This document shows, piece by piece, positions 1 through 7,080 of a stretch of DNA of 7,753 nt (within the stretch, counting starts at the first letter, position 1; the number at the start of each line of letters is the position of its first letter). The DNA comes from Candidatus Diapherotrites archaeon CG08_land_8_20_14_0_20_30_16. Its GTDB lineage: Archaea > Iainarchaeota > Iainarchaeia > Iainarchaeales > 0-14-0-20-30-16. The stretch lies in NCBI GenBank assembly GCA_002779075.1, contig PEXK01000048.1, positions 1-7,753 on the forward strand. Direction: 5' to 3'. The translations under genes and the position numbers were made by a program. The notes under the pieces were generated by a model that was given only the letters and a program-made list of their open reading frames with translations, was not told the DNA's origin and did not search any database.

Positions 1-308
1 CCTGAAGATTCTAAAGAAGCATCTTTTGCTAGACTAGGATAATTATCATACAAATATTGGCCTGTAAAATCAATCTGAGTATTATCAGAAACAAACCAAG
101 GCAAAACAGAACTGCCTACAAGTTCATAACCACCAACTGACTCGACCTGATAATACAAAGCTGTTTCTTTTTCTATTTCTTCATTTTGCATTTCATAACT
201 AAATTTATTTACTGTGACGTTTGGAACGAATTGCATTTTAATATCATTCTTTGATCCCATTTCATTTTTTATAGTATCTGTTACACTCATATTTAATATT
301 GTCCCTCT
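1..308 (-). other. Start of a C-terminal module conserved between the two tandem paralogues (residues 2248-2349+)
   Basis: The giant ORF reads RGTILNMSV...QFVPNVTV...ALYYQVESVGGYELVGSSVLPWFVSDNTQIDFTGQYLYDNYPSLAKDASLESS. The neighbour reads RGTVLDAKL...GFIPDLAI...SLFYEIIYNGESQIAESSLLPWFVSKESYEKTDFTGQKLFDTYPKVAVQSLSEDN. Shared exact DNA words are ggcctgtaaaatca (59..72 and 7515..7528) and agaaacaaacca (87..98 and 7549..7560). Their spacing differs by 6 nt, which is an in-frame 2-codon indel. Confidence 0.8.
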
Positions 309-3300
309 TTCTGATTCTGAATTCATACTTTTGAAATCAATATCTTTGGAAACATTTAAATGCGCTTTAGGATTTGAAGTTGTGTTATAATTTGAAAGCA
401 TTTGATTATTCAAACTAGCTGAATTTATTGTAATTAAATCACTTGTTTCTGTAAAATCTGAACCATATCCTTGTCTGTCTATTGTTCCATTCTCAACACC
501 AACTCTTCCATCAATTGGCAGGTAATAAAATACAGAATCATTAGTTACTGAGGCAATCTTTTTCAAAACAACCATAACAAAAGCATTATTCAAATCAAAA
601 CTTAATTCAGGATAAACTATATTAAAATGAACTTCATAAAGTCCTGAACCATTGGTCTGTTGGTTCTTTGTATATCCGTTATATATTATTATTCTATTAT
701 TATCAAATAAATTATCCAAGAAAGTATCTTTGATTAACTGCCCAACATTATCTGCAAATTCCGTTTCCAAATATGTTTTCTTGAAATCTTTTAAAAAGTC
801 TTGAGAATAGCCATCGTCAGCTAAATATACTTTGTAATGCAATAAATCCTGTATTGCAAATATTTGATTTTTATTATTTTCATTTATGCTTGGCAAGAAA
901 GTAAACAAATTCATTTTACCATCTGATGAAACAAAAGTAGTTGGGGTTTTTGATAAACATTGGCTCTTTAACACTTTTGCAAATAAATTCAAATCAAAAT
1001 CCATTTTCGAAACTATTTTCTCGTTTCCTGATGCATCAAACAAAGTTACAGTAATATTCAAAGTGTTGTCATAAAGTTGATTATAGCCAGAATTCAAATC
1101 TTTGATATCTAAATCCTTAACTAAAGGTATTTCAACATTCAGATATACTAAATTCGTTCCAACATCAATAGGCACCCCCTCTGACCCATAGTTTACTTGT
1201 ACTTTTTTGCCTGAAGAATCTGTTGCATAAACTTTGTATTGTGGAATTGGTTGAGGAGGATTAGAGGAAGTTAAGAAAATACCTAAATTTTTATCTAAAG
1301 TAATAGTCCAATAACCATCCTTAATACCCACATCTATTTTATCAAAGAAATTTGTACTTAAACCAGGATCTTGAAAATAGTTAATTGTTGATTCTTTATC
1401 TACTTTTTTATAATCTGGAATCATCTGGCATTTTATTCCTGAAAACTCACCCAAAAGGCTTTGTGCAAACTTCAATCTTTTCAAACCAGAAATTAATAAC
1501 TGTGTTGAATCACAATATTGTTTCACATTCCCTTCTACATCAGGGCTACAAAAGTTTTCATCAATACTATCGTCCCATTTATATTGTAATTTTGGTTTTG
1601 CATCAGGACCAGTAAAACCAACAACATCACCAGAAACATTAGTACATGCTTGTCCCACTTTGAAAGAAACCTCTTTTTCTGTGATATTGTGGAAAGCAAC
1701 ACGAATATTTCCTAATAAATGACCATCACCCAATACTCCAGAATTTATATCAATAGGATATGTTTTATAACACCATTCGGAATTGCAAGGCTTGCCATTA
1801 TAAAAAGTATTCAAATCCAAATTTGTGAAGGTTGCTTTAAACATACCAGTACCAGGGTAACCGCCAATAATTTCACCTTGATTTGCTCTTCCCCAAAGCT
1901 CTGACTTTAACTTACATGGAACAACAACATAAGTATCCCATTTAATATTATTAAATGAGCCACCACCACATTTTGGATAAAAAGTAACTGTTTTACCACT
2001 ACTTACTGTCGGGTCTTTGTCCCACCAACAATCATCTTCAGACAGGGTCAATTTAGGATCTGACCACAATATATGTTCTGTATCAACAACATAATCTTGA
2101 GAGCAGGTTAAGCTAAATTTTATGCTATCATCCCAATGTTTTGAACCTGTACAAAACCAGCCCTTACAGCCAACATGCCCTTTTATAACTTCTCTAGCAA
2201 TCAAGAATTGATAATGATCTTGGCCAGTTATTTTAAAAATATCACTGTAATTCGCGGTTCCATCTTCCCTTATTTTTATTGTATTTGTAGTTACGTTAAC
2301 ATCAGGATAATTAAGATCATTTAAAATAACAAATTTGTATTCCTGGTCATCATTTAAGTAAGTAGTAAATGCTGCAATAAATATAGTTATTCCAACCAAA
2401 AGAACACCAGCACCAATTAACCAGCCAACAAGTCTTGTAACTACTGCACCAAGAATATCAGTAGAAGATCCATGTCTAACAAGATCATCCAAATCCCCTA
2501 AATATATTTGGGAGTTTTTATTTTTTATTTGCAAAAGATTAACAAAATTGTTCACATCTGCAATAAAAAGAGAGCTTGGAATATTTGTATTGTAAACTAA
2601 CAATGTGTCTGAAAACAGCTTATTATTTAACTCATTATTTGTTTGGACGTGTGTATCCAAAAAAGGATTTTCAGAAAAAAGACCATTACTGTACGATGTT
2701 TGAACATTAACAGGCAAAATCTTAATCCTCTTATAGGACAGGTCTTTTAGTTGTTTAGCAAATATTTCTAATGCGTAAGCACCTGATACTTGAGGTCTTG
2801 ATATTTCTAATTCATTTTCCTTAGATGATAAAACAAATCCCTTATATAGGCTTGCATTATCAAATTTAAAGCCAGTATATTCATTACCTACATTCTCACC
2901 ACAACCAATTGGTATCTCCTTGTCATTTGCTTTGCAAATCATTATGTCTAGAGTTATTCCTTCACAAATATTTTTGAAAGTTAATTTAAATTTATCTTGA
3001 GGCAAAGCATAAGTTAGTGAACTATCAGGAGTATACTGCCCTAAAGACAAGACTAAAGTCTCTGTTATTTCTTTTCCTTTATCATCAAATACTTTCAAAC
3101 AATCTTCCAAATGCAAAACACTTACATCAAACTTCAATTCTTTTGATTCTACTTTCTTCAAGCCATCAGAAGTATTTACAAATGCAAAAATCTTTGCTTT
3201 CAAATGTTCCCTTCCAAAAATTCCTTTTGGAACAAAAGAAACAGCCCCTAAAAAGGGATTGTCCAGGTCTGCTTTCCAGTTTACTGCAAATATCTCTGGT

Positions 3301-6300
3301 ACTGATAATTTTAAGTTTGTGGTACCAGTTGAAAGACTAAATGAAAAACTGCCAATACCTAAAGAACCTGAATCATGTAGCAAAACTAAATAAGCAGAAT
3401 CAAAAACAACAGGATAAGGTTCTGAATATCCTTTACTGCTTGATTGAACAACACAAGTATTCAAAACAGATAAAGGAATTGTAATAGGTTTTACATCTGT
3501 TGCAAAACTTGTACTTTCAGAACCTGTGTTTAATGCAATTTCTAAACAGCCATCATCAGCATTAGTAGGATATCCCTGTGATACTATATTAATTTCAAAA
3601 GGAATTAATCTATTTATTGTCTCATCTTGAGTTCTAAATGTTACTTTGACAGCTCCAGAAAATTTAATTCCTTTTCCAATCTCAGCACTAATGTTATCAT
3701 TCAAAACTGCTTTAAAGAAGTCTTCCAATTCTAATTTAGCAATACCCGGCAGAGCGCCAACAGAATCATAATTCAATTGTATTCCTTGGATTTCTTTGTT
3801 TACGTATGTATTTGATAGATATGCTTTCATTACATCAATATTCAAAAAATTCTGCAAATTTAATGAATAATTATCAACTTGTAAATCTACGCTTTCTATT
3901 TTCAGTGTGGATGCACTATTATTTGTAATTATTAAACTGTCATAACCTTCTTTGTCTGTTGGATAAATCAAATCAATACTTAACTTTTCTTTATCAAACC
4001 CCAATATTTTGGTTGTTACTTGCAAATCCGGAGTAAAATCTTTTTGAGAATAAGATTCATAACCTTCTTTCTCAACTAATATCTGTACCAAAGTCCCAGG
4101 CGGCAAAGATGGAAGTAAACAGTCTGCTTTTCCTTGCAAATCTGTTTTTATATTTCTACAATCCCCTAAAACAAAATATGTTGTATCTGTTGGTTTCTTT
4201 ATTTTAACAGTAACAAGAGCGTCTTTTACAAAAGAATTTGTATCATCACTTACTGAAATACTTAAATTCTGTTGAATCCCGGGTGCCAATATTTTCTCGG
4301 GGAATACAGTCAAATTCAATTTTTTTGTTGTTGTTGATTTAAACAAAACAGATAATGCAGACTTATTATTTATTACCATTTTTTTATCATTATCTAAAAC
4401 AACAAAATTCAAAAAAGACTCCCCTAAAATAACTGGTTGCAAGCCTAATTGTCCAGAAATATATCTGTTCTTTATGTAATCTTTTATTTGATAACCCTTT
4501 ACAAATACACCAAAACTTTCCACCAAAGATTCAGATTTATTATCTGTTGGGCCTTTCAAATTATAATTCAAAAGTCTAATAAAAGAATGACTAGAAACAT
4601 CATTTTCAACAAAGGAAAGGGTTTCTTTTTGAGATTGTGCATTGAATATCTGCAGTGTGCCATTTTTTATAGTATTATCAGGACCACTTAAATTATTTGT
4701 CAAATCAAATGCAAACTCGTATTTTGTGTTTGGAGAAACTAAAAATTGGTCTTTTCCTTGTGATTCTAAATACAAATTAGTACTTTTATTAAGAAGAGTA
4801 TATCTTGAACAAAAATCATTATCTGTGCAAACACCAGATGCTCCTGCTAAAAATTCTTTTATTTCTGATGCAACACTTATATCATCAATTAACAAATCCC
4901 AACTAATCTTCAAAGAATCAAGAATTTTTACTGAACCATCATTCTTTACTTTCACTTTATAATATACATTATAAACTCCTGGATTTGTTTCATTCCAAAA
5001 TGATGAAATTATTTTTGCTTTGCCTATGGTGTTTTGTTCCATTTTGGAATCCAAATATTTTAAATCATAATTTGCAGAAGTATATGCATCTATTAATGAA
5101 AGTTTTTCAGCATCCAAATTTTGGTCATCGCCAACATTTAATTTGAATTCAAAAGGTTTTGATTCATACATATAAATCTTGAAACCTAAATAATAAATCC
5201 CGCCAATATTCAAACTAGGTTCTTCTGCACCTTCGAAATCACTAAAAATACCCAAGAAATCTACTTTTGGTTCTGCTTGTGTTAAAGGAACCATTGAAAC
5301 AGTGCTTTGCCAATTATAATTAGTCATTAACAAACGGGACTCACTGTAATAAGGTAGATAATTATCTGCTTTAACAATATAGTATAAGGAGGTGCCGGCT
5401 TTGAAAGAATGGGTTGTTTCGCCAGATGCGCTCAAAATCTTGCTTCCAGATTCTGTTAATGGTTTTTTATAAAATGTAACTAAAGCATTACTTTTTGGAT
5501 TATTTGATTCATCTGTTACTTTCAATTTCAACATAGAATAGCCTACAGGTAAAACTATATTGACATCTAATTCAGGAATTTTATCTGATTCTGCACCACT
5601 TAAAACAACAGTATTACTATATGCTTCATTAAAACCATTATATACTCTAAATTGATAGCTTCCAATTTGTAAAAGTGATGTTGACAAACCATTTTTATCT
5701 GTTGCAGGAAAGTTATCCAAAGATAATAATTCAAACTGTGTTGCAGGATCAATAACAAATACTTTTGCACCTTCTATAGGTAGATTGTCTTCATCCAACA
5801 CTTTAACATTAACTTTGACACTGTTATACAAAGTCTTTGTTTTTAGTGTGAAGATTTTTTCATTAAAAGAAGAATTAATTTGAATTTCATTATTTGCTAA
5901 AGCAAAAACTGAGTTTGAATCTGGTTCAAAATCCAAAAAATAATTATCTAATTTTGATACAGGAATACTTATTGCTCCATTCGATGTTGTGCCTTTGAAA
6001 ACTATTTTGCCTGTATTGTCTTTTAGCACTGAGTTCCCATTTATGTGCACATTGTTTTCATCAACAAAAGACAGAGAAACTATTTTTGCAAAAGTGTTCT
6101 CCAATGTAAAAACAATATTATTTACTTTATTTTCACTTGTTTTTATTTGTTGTGATGTATCCAAATAATCTTCTTTGGAAGCATAAACAATATAATTCCC
6201 AACAGGAAGATTTGTAAATAATTTTGTATTTCCAAAATCATTAGTTGTATCTTTATCTATTTCTTCTTTTTGGTTTTGAGCATCAAAGATACTTACTTTA

Positions 6301-7049
6301 GCACCAGAAACTGGCATAGCATTTACATCATAAACAGTTACTTTTATACTTCCTGCTGGCAAAGATGTTTGATTTTCTAAAACCTGTGTAATTAACCCTA
6401 AAGTAACAACACAAGATGTTGAATCACATGTCTCGCCAGACAATACTTTGTACCCATCTATTTGAACACTTATTCCTAAAATACCACAATTTTCAGGAAC
6501 ATTTATTGTTGTTGAACCAGAAGAAACATTTCTTTCTTTTTGAGCATCACCCAATTCTGTTGAGTCACAATTAAAACTTATATGTGCTGTTTTTGTTATT
6601 GTAATTCCTGATTCATCAAACAAAAAGATTGTTGTTGGCAGCATTTTGTAAATTCTATTCAAAGAAACATTAATAGTATCTGAGAAATCATATTCTGATT
6701 TTGAAATTGCATATTTCTTTATTGATATTGATTCAAGCGAAAGTTTATCGCTAACAGGCAATTCTAAAATAGCTTTTCCTTTTATTGCTTTCCCATCAAA
6801 TGTATTTCCATTTACATTTACACTGAAATCAAAACTCTCCACTAATTGGATGTTGTCTGATTTGAAAATAAATGTAACTTGTTCCTTTGAAGGAATTAAC
6901 AACCAAACAACCAAGCCTATAATTAATAAAATAACAACACATAATACAATCTTCAAAACTAGGCTAGATTTGATCTTCTCAACAAAGGACTTAAAAAAAG
7001 TCTTTGTTTGCTCAAAACTGTAGCTTTGTTTGTTATCTTCTAAAGGCAT
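1..7049 (-). CDS. Giant membrane-anchored, repeat-containing surface/adhesin-like protein; at least 2349 aa, 3' end cut by the window edge; absent from the supplied ORF track
   Basis: Manual translation of the reverse complement from ATG 7049..7047 gives 2349 sense codons plus 2 leftover nt (7049 = 3 x 2349 + 2). No TAA, TAG or TGA occurs in frame. The nearest upstream in-frame stop is TAA at 7094..7092, with no canonical start between it and the ATG. Residue numbering was checked against TGG codons at 5310..5312 (W580), 3276..3278 (W1258) and 2133..2135 (W1639). In DNA this AT-rich, an open frame of this length cannot be chance. The translation begins MPLEDNKQSYSFEQTKTFFKSFVEKIKSSLVLKIVLCVVILLIIGLVVWLLIPSKEQ. 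The product name is inferred from architecture only. Confidence 0.9.
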   Translation of the reverse strand, partial: MPLEDNKQSYSFEQTKTFFKSFVEKIKSSLVLKIVLCVVILLIIGLVVWLLIPSKEQVTFIFKSDNIQLVESFDFSVNVNGNTFDGKAIKGKAILELPVSDKLSLESISIKKYAISKSEYDFSDTINVSLNRIYKMLPTTIFLFDESGITITKTAHISFNCDSTELGDAQKERNVSSGSTTINVPENCGILGISVQIDGYKVLSGETCDSTSCVVTLGLITQVLENQTSLPAGSIKVTVYDVNAMPVSGAKVSIFDAQNQKEEIDKDTTNDFGNTKLFTNLPVGNYIVYASKEDYLDTSQQIKTSENKVNNIVFTLENTFAKIVSLSFVDENNVHINGNSVLKDNTGKIVFKGTTSNGAISIPVSKLDNYFLDFEPDSNSVFALANNEIQINSSFNEKIFTLKTKTLYNSVKVNVKVLDEDNLPIEGAKVFVIDPATQFELLSLDNFPATDKNGLSTSLLQIGSYQFRVYNGFNEAYSNTVVLSGAESDKIPELDVNIVLPVGYSMLKLKVTDESNNPKSNALVTFYKKPLTESGSKILSASGETTHSFKAGTSLYYIVKADNYLPYYSESRLLMTNYNWQSTVSMVPLTQAEPKVDFLGIFSDFEGAEEPSLNIGGIYYLGFKIYMYESKPFEFKLNVGDDQNLDAEKLSLIDAYTSANYDLKYLDSKMEQNTIGKAKIISSFWNETNPGVYNVYYKVKVKNDGSVKILDSLKISWDLLIDDISVASEIKEFLAGASGVCTDNDFCSRYTLLNKSTNLYLESQGKDQFLVSPNTKYEFAFDLTNNLSGPDNTIKNGTLQIFNAQSQKETLSFVENDVSSHSFIRLLNYNLKGPTDNKSESLVESFGVFVKGYQIKDYIKNRYISGQLGLQPVILGESFLNFVVLDNDKKMVINNKSALSVLFKSTTTKKLNLTVFPEKILAPGIQQNLSISVSDDTNSFVKDALVTVKIKKPTDTTYFVLGDCRNIKTDLQGKADCLLPSLPPGTLVQILVEKEGYESYSQKDFTPDLQVTTKILGFDKEKLSIDLIYPTDKEGYDSLIITNNSASTLKIESVDLQVDNYSLNLQNFLNIDVMKAYLSNTYVNKEIQGIQLNYDSVGALPGIAKLELEDFFKAVLNDNISAEIGKGIKFSGAVKVTFRTQDETINRLIPFEINIVSQGYPTNADDGCLEIALNTGSESTSFATDVKPITIPLSVLNTCVVQSSSKGYSEPYPVVFDSAYLVLLHDSGSLGIGSFSFSLSTGTTNLKLSVPEIFAVNWKADLDNPFLGAVSFVPKGIFGREHLKAKIFAFVNTSDGLKKVESKELKFDVSVLHLEDCLKVFDDKGKEITETLVLSLGQYTPDSSLTYALPQDKFKLTFKNICEGITLDIMICKANDKEIPIGCGENVGNEYTGFKFDNASLYKGFVLSSKENELEISRPQVSGAYALEIFAKQLKDLSYKRIKILPVNVQTSYSNGLFSENPFLDTHVQTNNELNNKLFSDTLLVYNTNIPSSLFIADVNNFVNLLQIKNKNSQIYLGDLDDLVRHGSSTDILGAVVTRLVGWLIGAGVLLVGITIFIAAFTTYLNDDQEYKFVILNDLNYPDVNVTTNTIKIREDGTANYSDIFKITGQDHYQFLIAREVIKGHVGCKGWFCTGSKHWDDSIKFSLTCSQDYVVDTEHILWSDPKLTLSEDDCWWDKDPTVSSGKTVTFYPKCGGGSFNNIKWDTYVVVPCKLKSELWGRANQGEIIGGYPGTGMFKATFTNLDLNTFYNGKPCNSEWCYKTYPIDINSGVLGDGHLLGNIRVAFHNITEKEVSFKVGQACTNVSGDVVGFTGPDAKPKLQYKWDDSIDENFCSPDVEGNVKQYCDSTQLLISGLKRLKFAQSLLGEFSGIKCQMIPDYKKVDKESTINYFQDPGLSTNFFDKIDVGIKDGYWTITLDKNLGIFLTSSNPPQPIPQYKVYATDSSGKKVQVNYGSEGVPIDVGTNLVYLNVEIPLVKDLDIKDLNSGYNQLYDNTLNITVTLFDASGNEKIVSKMDFDLNLFAKVLKSQCLSKTPTTFVSSDGKMNLFTFLPSINENNKNQIFAIQDLLHYKVYLADDGYSQDFLKDFKKTYLETEFADNVGQLIKDTFLDNLFDNNRIIIYNGYTKNQQTNGSGLYEVHFNIVYPELSFDLNNAFVMVVLKKIASVTNDSVFYYLPIDGRVGVENGTIDRQGYGSDFTETSDLITINSASLNNQMLSNYNTTSNPKAHLNVSKDIDFKSMNSESERGTILNMSVTDTIKNEMGSKNDIKMQFVPNVTVNKFSYEMQNEEIEKETALYYQVESVGGYELVGSSVLPWFVSDNTQIDFTGQYLYDNYPSLAKDASLESS
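1428..2168 (-). other. Cys/Trp-rich module (residues 1628-1874) with a recurring K-x-W-D-[DT]...C motif; no family recognised
   Basis: There are 12 Cys (1628, 1633, 1649, 1674, 1694, 1712, 1755, 1760, 1802, 1834, 1846, 1874) and 9 Trp (1631-1825) in about 250 aa. The ~1490 aa between the two helices hold only 4 Trp. Motif copies are SKHWDDSIKFSLTC, NIKWDTYVVVPC and QYKWDDSIDENFC. Two C-x4-C pairs occur (CKGWFC, CNSEWC). Confidence 0.6.
2364..2432 (-). other. Internal hydrophobic, transmembrane-like helix (residues 1540-1562) splitting the giant protein into ~1490-aa and >785-aa parts
   Basis: The segment LVGWLIGAGVLLVGITIFIAAFT is 23 uncharged residues. It is flanked by ...DILGAVVTR on the N side and YLNDDQEYK on the C side. 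The Y1564 codon at 2358..2360 is in frame. Confidence 0.7.
4020..4319 (-). other. Fifth, isolated carboxypeptidase-regulatory-like / PEGA-like repeat (residues 911-1010)
   Basis: The segment reads LNLTVFPEKILAPGIQQNLSISVSDDTNSFVKDALVTVKIKKPTDTTYFVLGDCRNIKTDLQGKADCLLPSLPPGTLVQILVEKEGYESY. The ending V-E-K-E-G-Y-E resembles the PEGA signature. An inserted Cys pair is present (C964/C977). Confidence 0.5.
5283..6350 (-). other. Four consecutive carboxypeptidase-regulatory-like / PEGA-like beta-sandwich repeats (residues 234-317, 322-405, 411-500, 505-589)
   Basis: Units of about 85 aa recur with the family pattern: alternating hydrophobic strand, D-x-N-x-P-[VI]-x-G-A-x-V, T-[DN]-x-x-G, G-x-Y, then Y. 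Examples are SIKVTVYDVNAMPVSGAKVSIFD...GNYIVYASKEDY and VKVNVKVLDEDNLPIEGAKVFVID...TDKNGLSTSLLQIGSYQFRVY. Others are KLKVTDESNNPKSNALVTFY...YYIVKADNYLPY and VSLSFVDENNVHINGNSVLKDNTGKIVFKGTTSNGAISIP. The nt boundaries are 6099..6350, 5835..6086, 5550..5819 and 5283..5537. Assignment is by eye, not by HMM. Confidence 0.6.
6894..6962 (-). other. N-terminal transmembrane signal-anchor helix (residues ~30-52) of the giant protein
   Basis: The segment LVLKIVLCVVILLIIGLVVWLLI is 23 mostly hydrophobic residues with one Lys near its N-terminal end. It follows a Lys-rich 29-aa tail (KTFFKSFVEKIKSS) and is followed by PSKEQ. No obvious AxA signal-peptidase site was seen. Confidence 0.75.
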
Positions 7050-7060
7050 AATACCACGAG

Positions 7061-7080
7061 TGTTCTTTCCTGTTCTTTCC
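7061..7080. repeat. Perfect 2 x 10-bp tandem direct repeat (tgttctttcc tgttctttcc; minus strand GGAAAGAACA x2) 12 nt upstream of the giant ORF start
   Basis: Read directly from the sequence. Positions 7061..7070 and 7071..7080 are identical. The repeat lies between the TATA-like element (7081..7088) and the ATG at 7049. Confidence 0.9.

Noticed and set aside
1-308. The C-terminal region as a diversity-generating-retroelement variable region, as known for some giant surface proteins.
   Set aside because: No template-repeat-like second copy, reverse transcriptase gene or Asn-codon-biased mismatch pattern is visible in the window. The two paralogue tails differ by ordinary substitutions and an in-frame indel.
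2358-2460. The giant ORF as an artefactual fusion of two genes (a type-I membrane protein ending at the second helix, plus a downstream gene).
   Set aside because: There is no stop, frame change, spacer, start codon or ribosome-binding-like sequence at the junction; the next Met is at residue 1736. A sequencing or assembly indel cannot be excluded without reads, so the topology issue is kept as a finding and not called a fusion.
4320-4385. Homopolymer tracts (7-nt T runs at 4320..4326 and 4379..4385; 6-nt A runs near 2659 and 2674) as slipped-strand phase-variation switches.
   Set aside because: Runs of 6-7 A/T encoding Lys-Lys are common in DNA this AT-rich. None is unusually long, and there is no sign of a frameshift around them.
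886-4962. Six plus-strand ORFs in the supplied track (886..1074, 1385..1615, 1719..1904, 3017..3340, 4449..4691, 4642..4962).
   Set aside because: All lie antisense to the 2349-codon minus-strand frame. Their translations are low-complexity and L/F/S/I-rich with no motifs, and two of them overlap each other. They are the expected shadow ORFs of an A-rich coding strand.
1-7049. Alternative genetic code (for example TGA=Trp or reassigned TAG/TAA) as the reason the big gene is missing from the track.
   Set aside because: The frame is fully open in the standard code. Trp is encoded by TGG throughout (17 in-frame TGG), no in-frame TGA, TAA or TAG was met, and the neighbour ends with a normal TAG. 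The omission is better explained by the ORF lacking a stop inside the window.
1-7049. Enrichment of N-x-S/T glycosylation sequons as evidence for a glycosylated surface protein.
   Set aside because: I counted 29 sequons in 2349 aa. With about 9% Asn and about 15% Ser+Thr, roughly 30 are expected by chance, so there is no enrichment.
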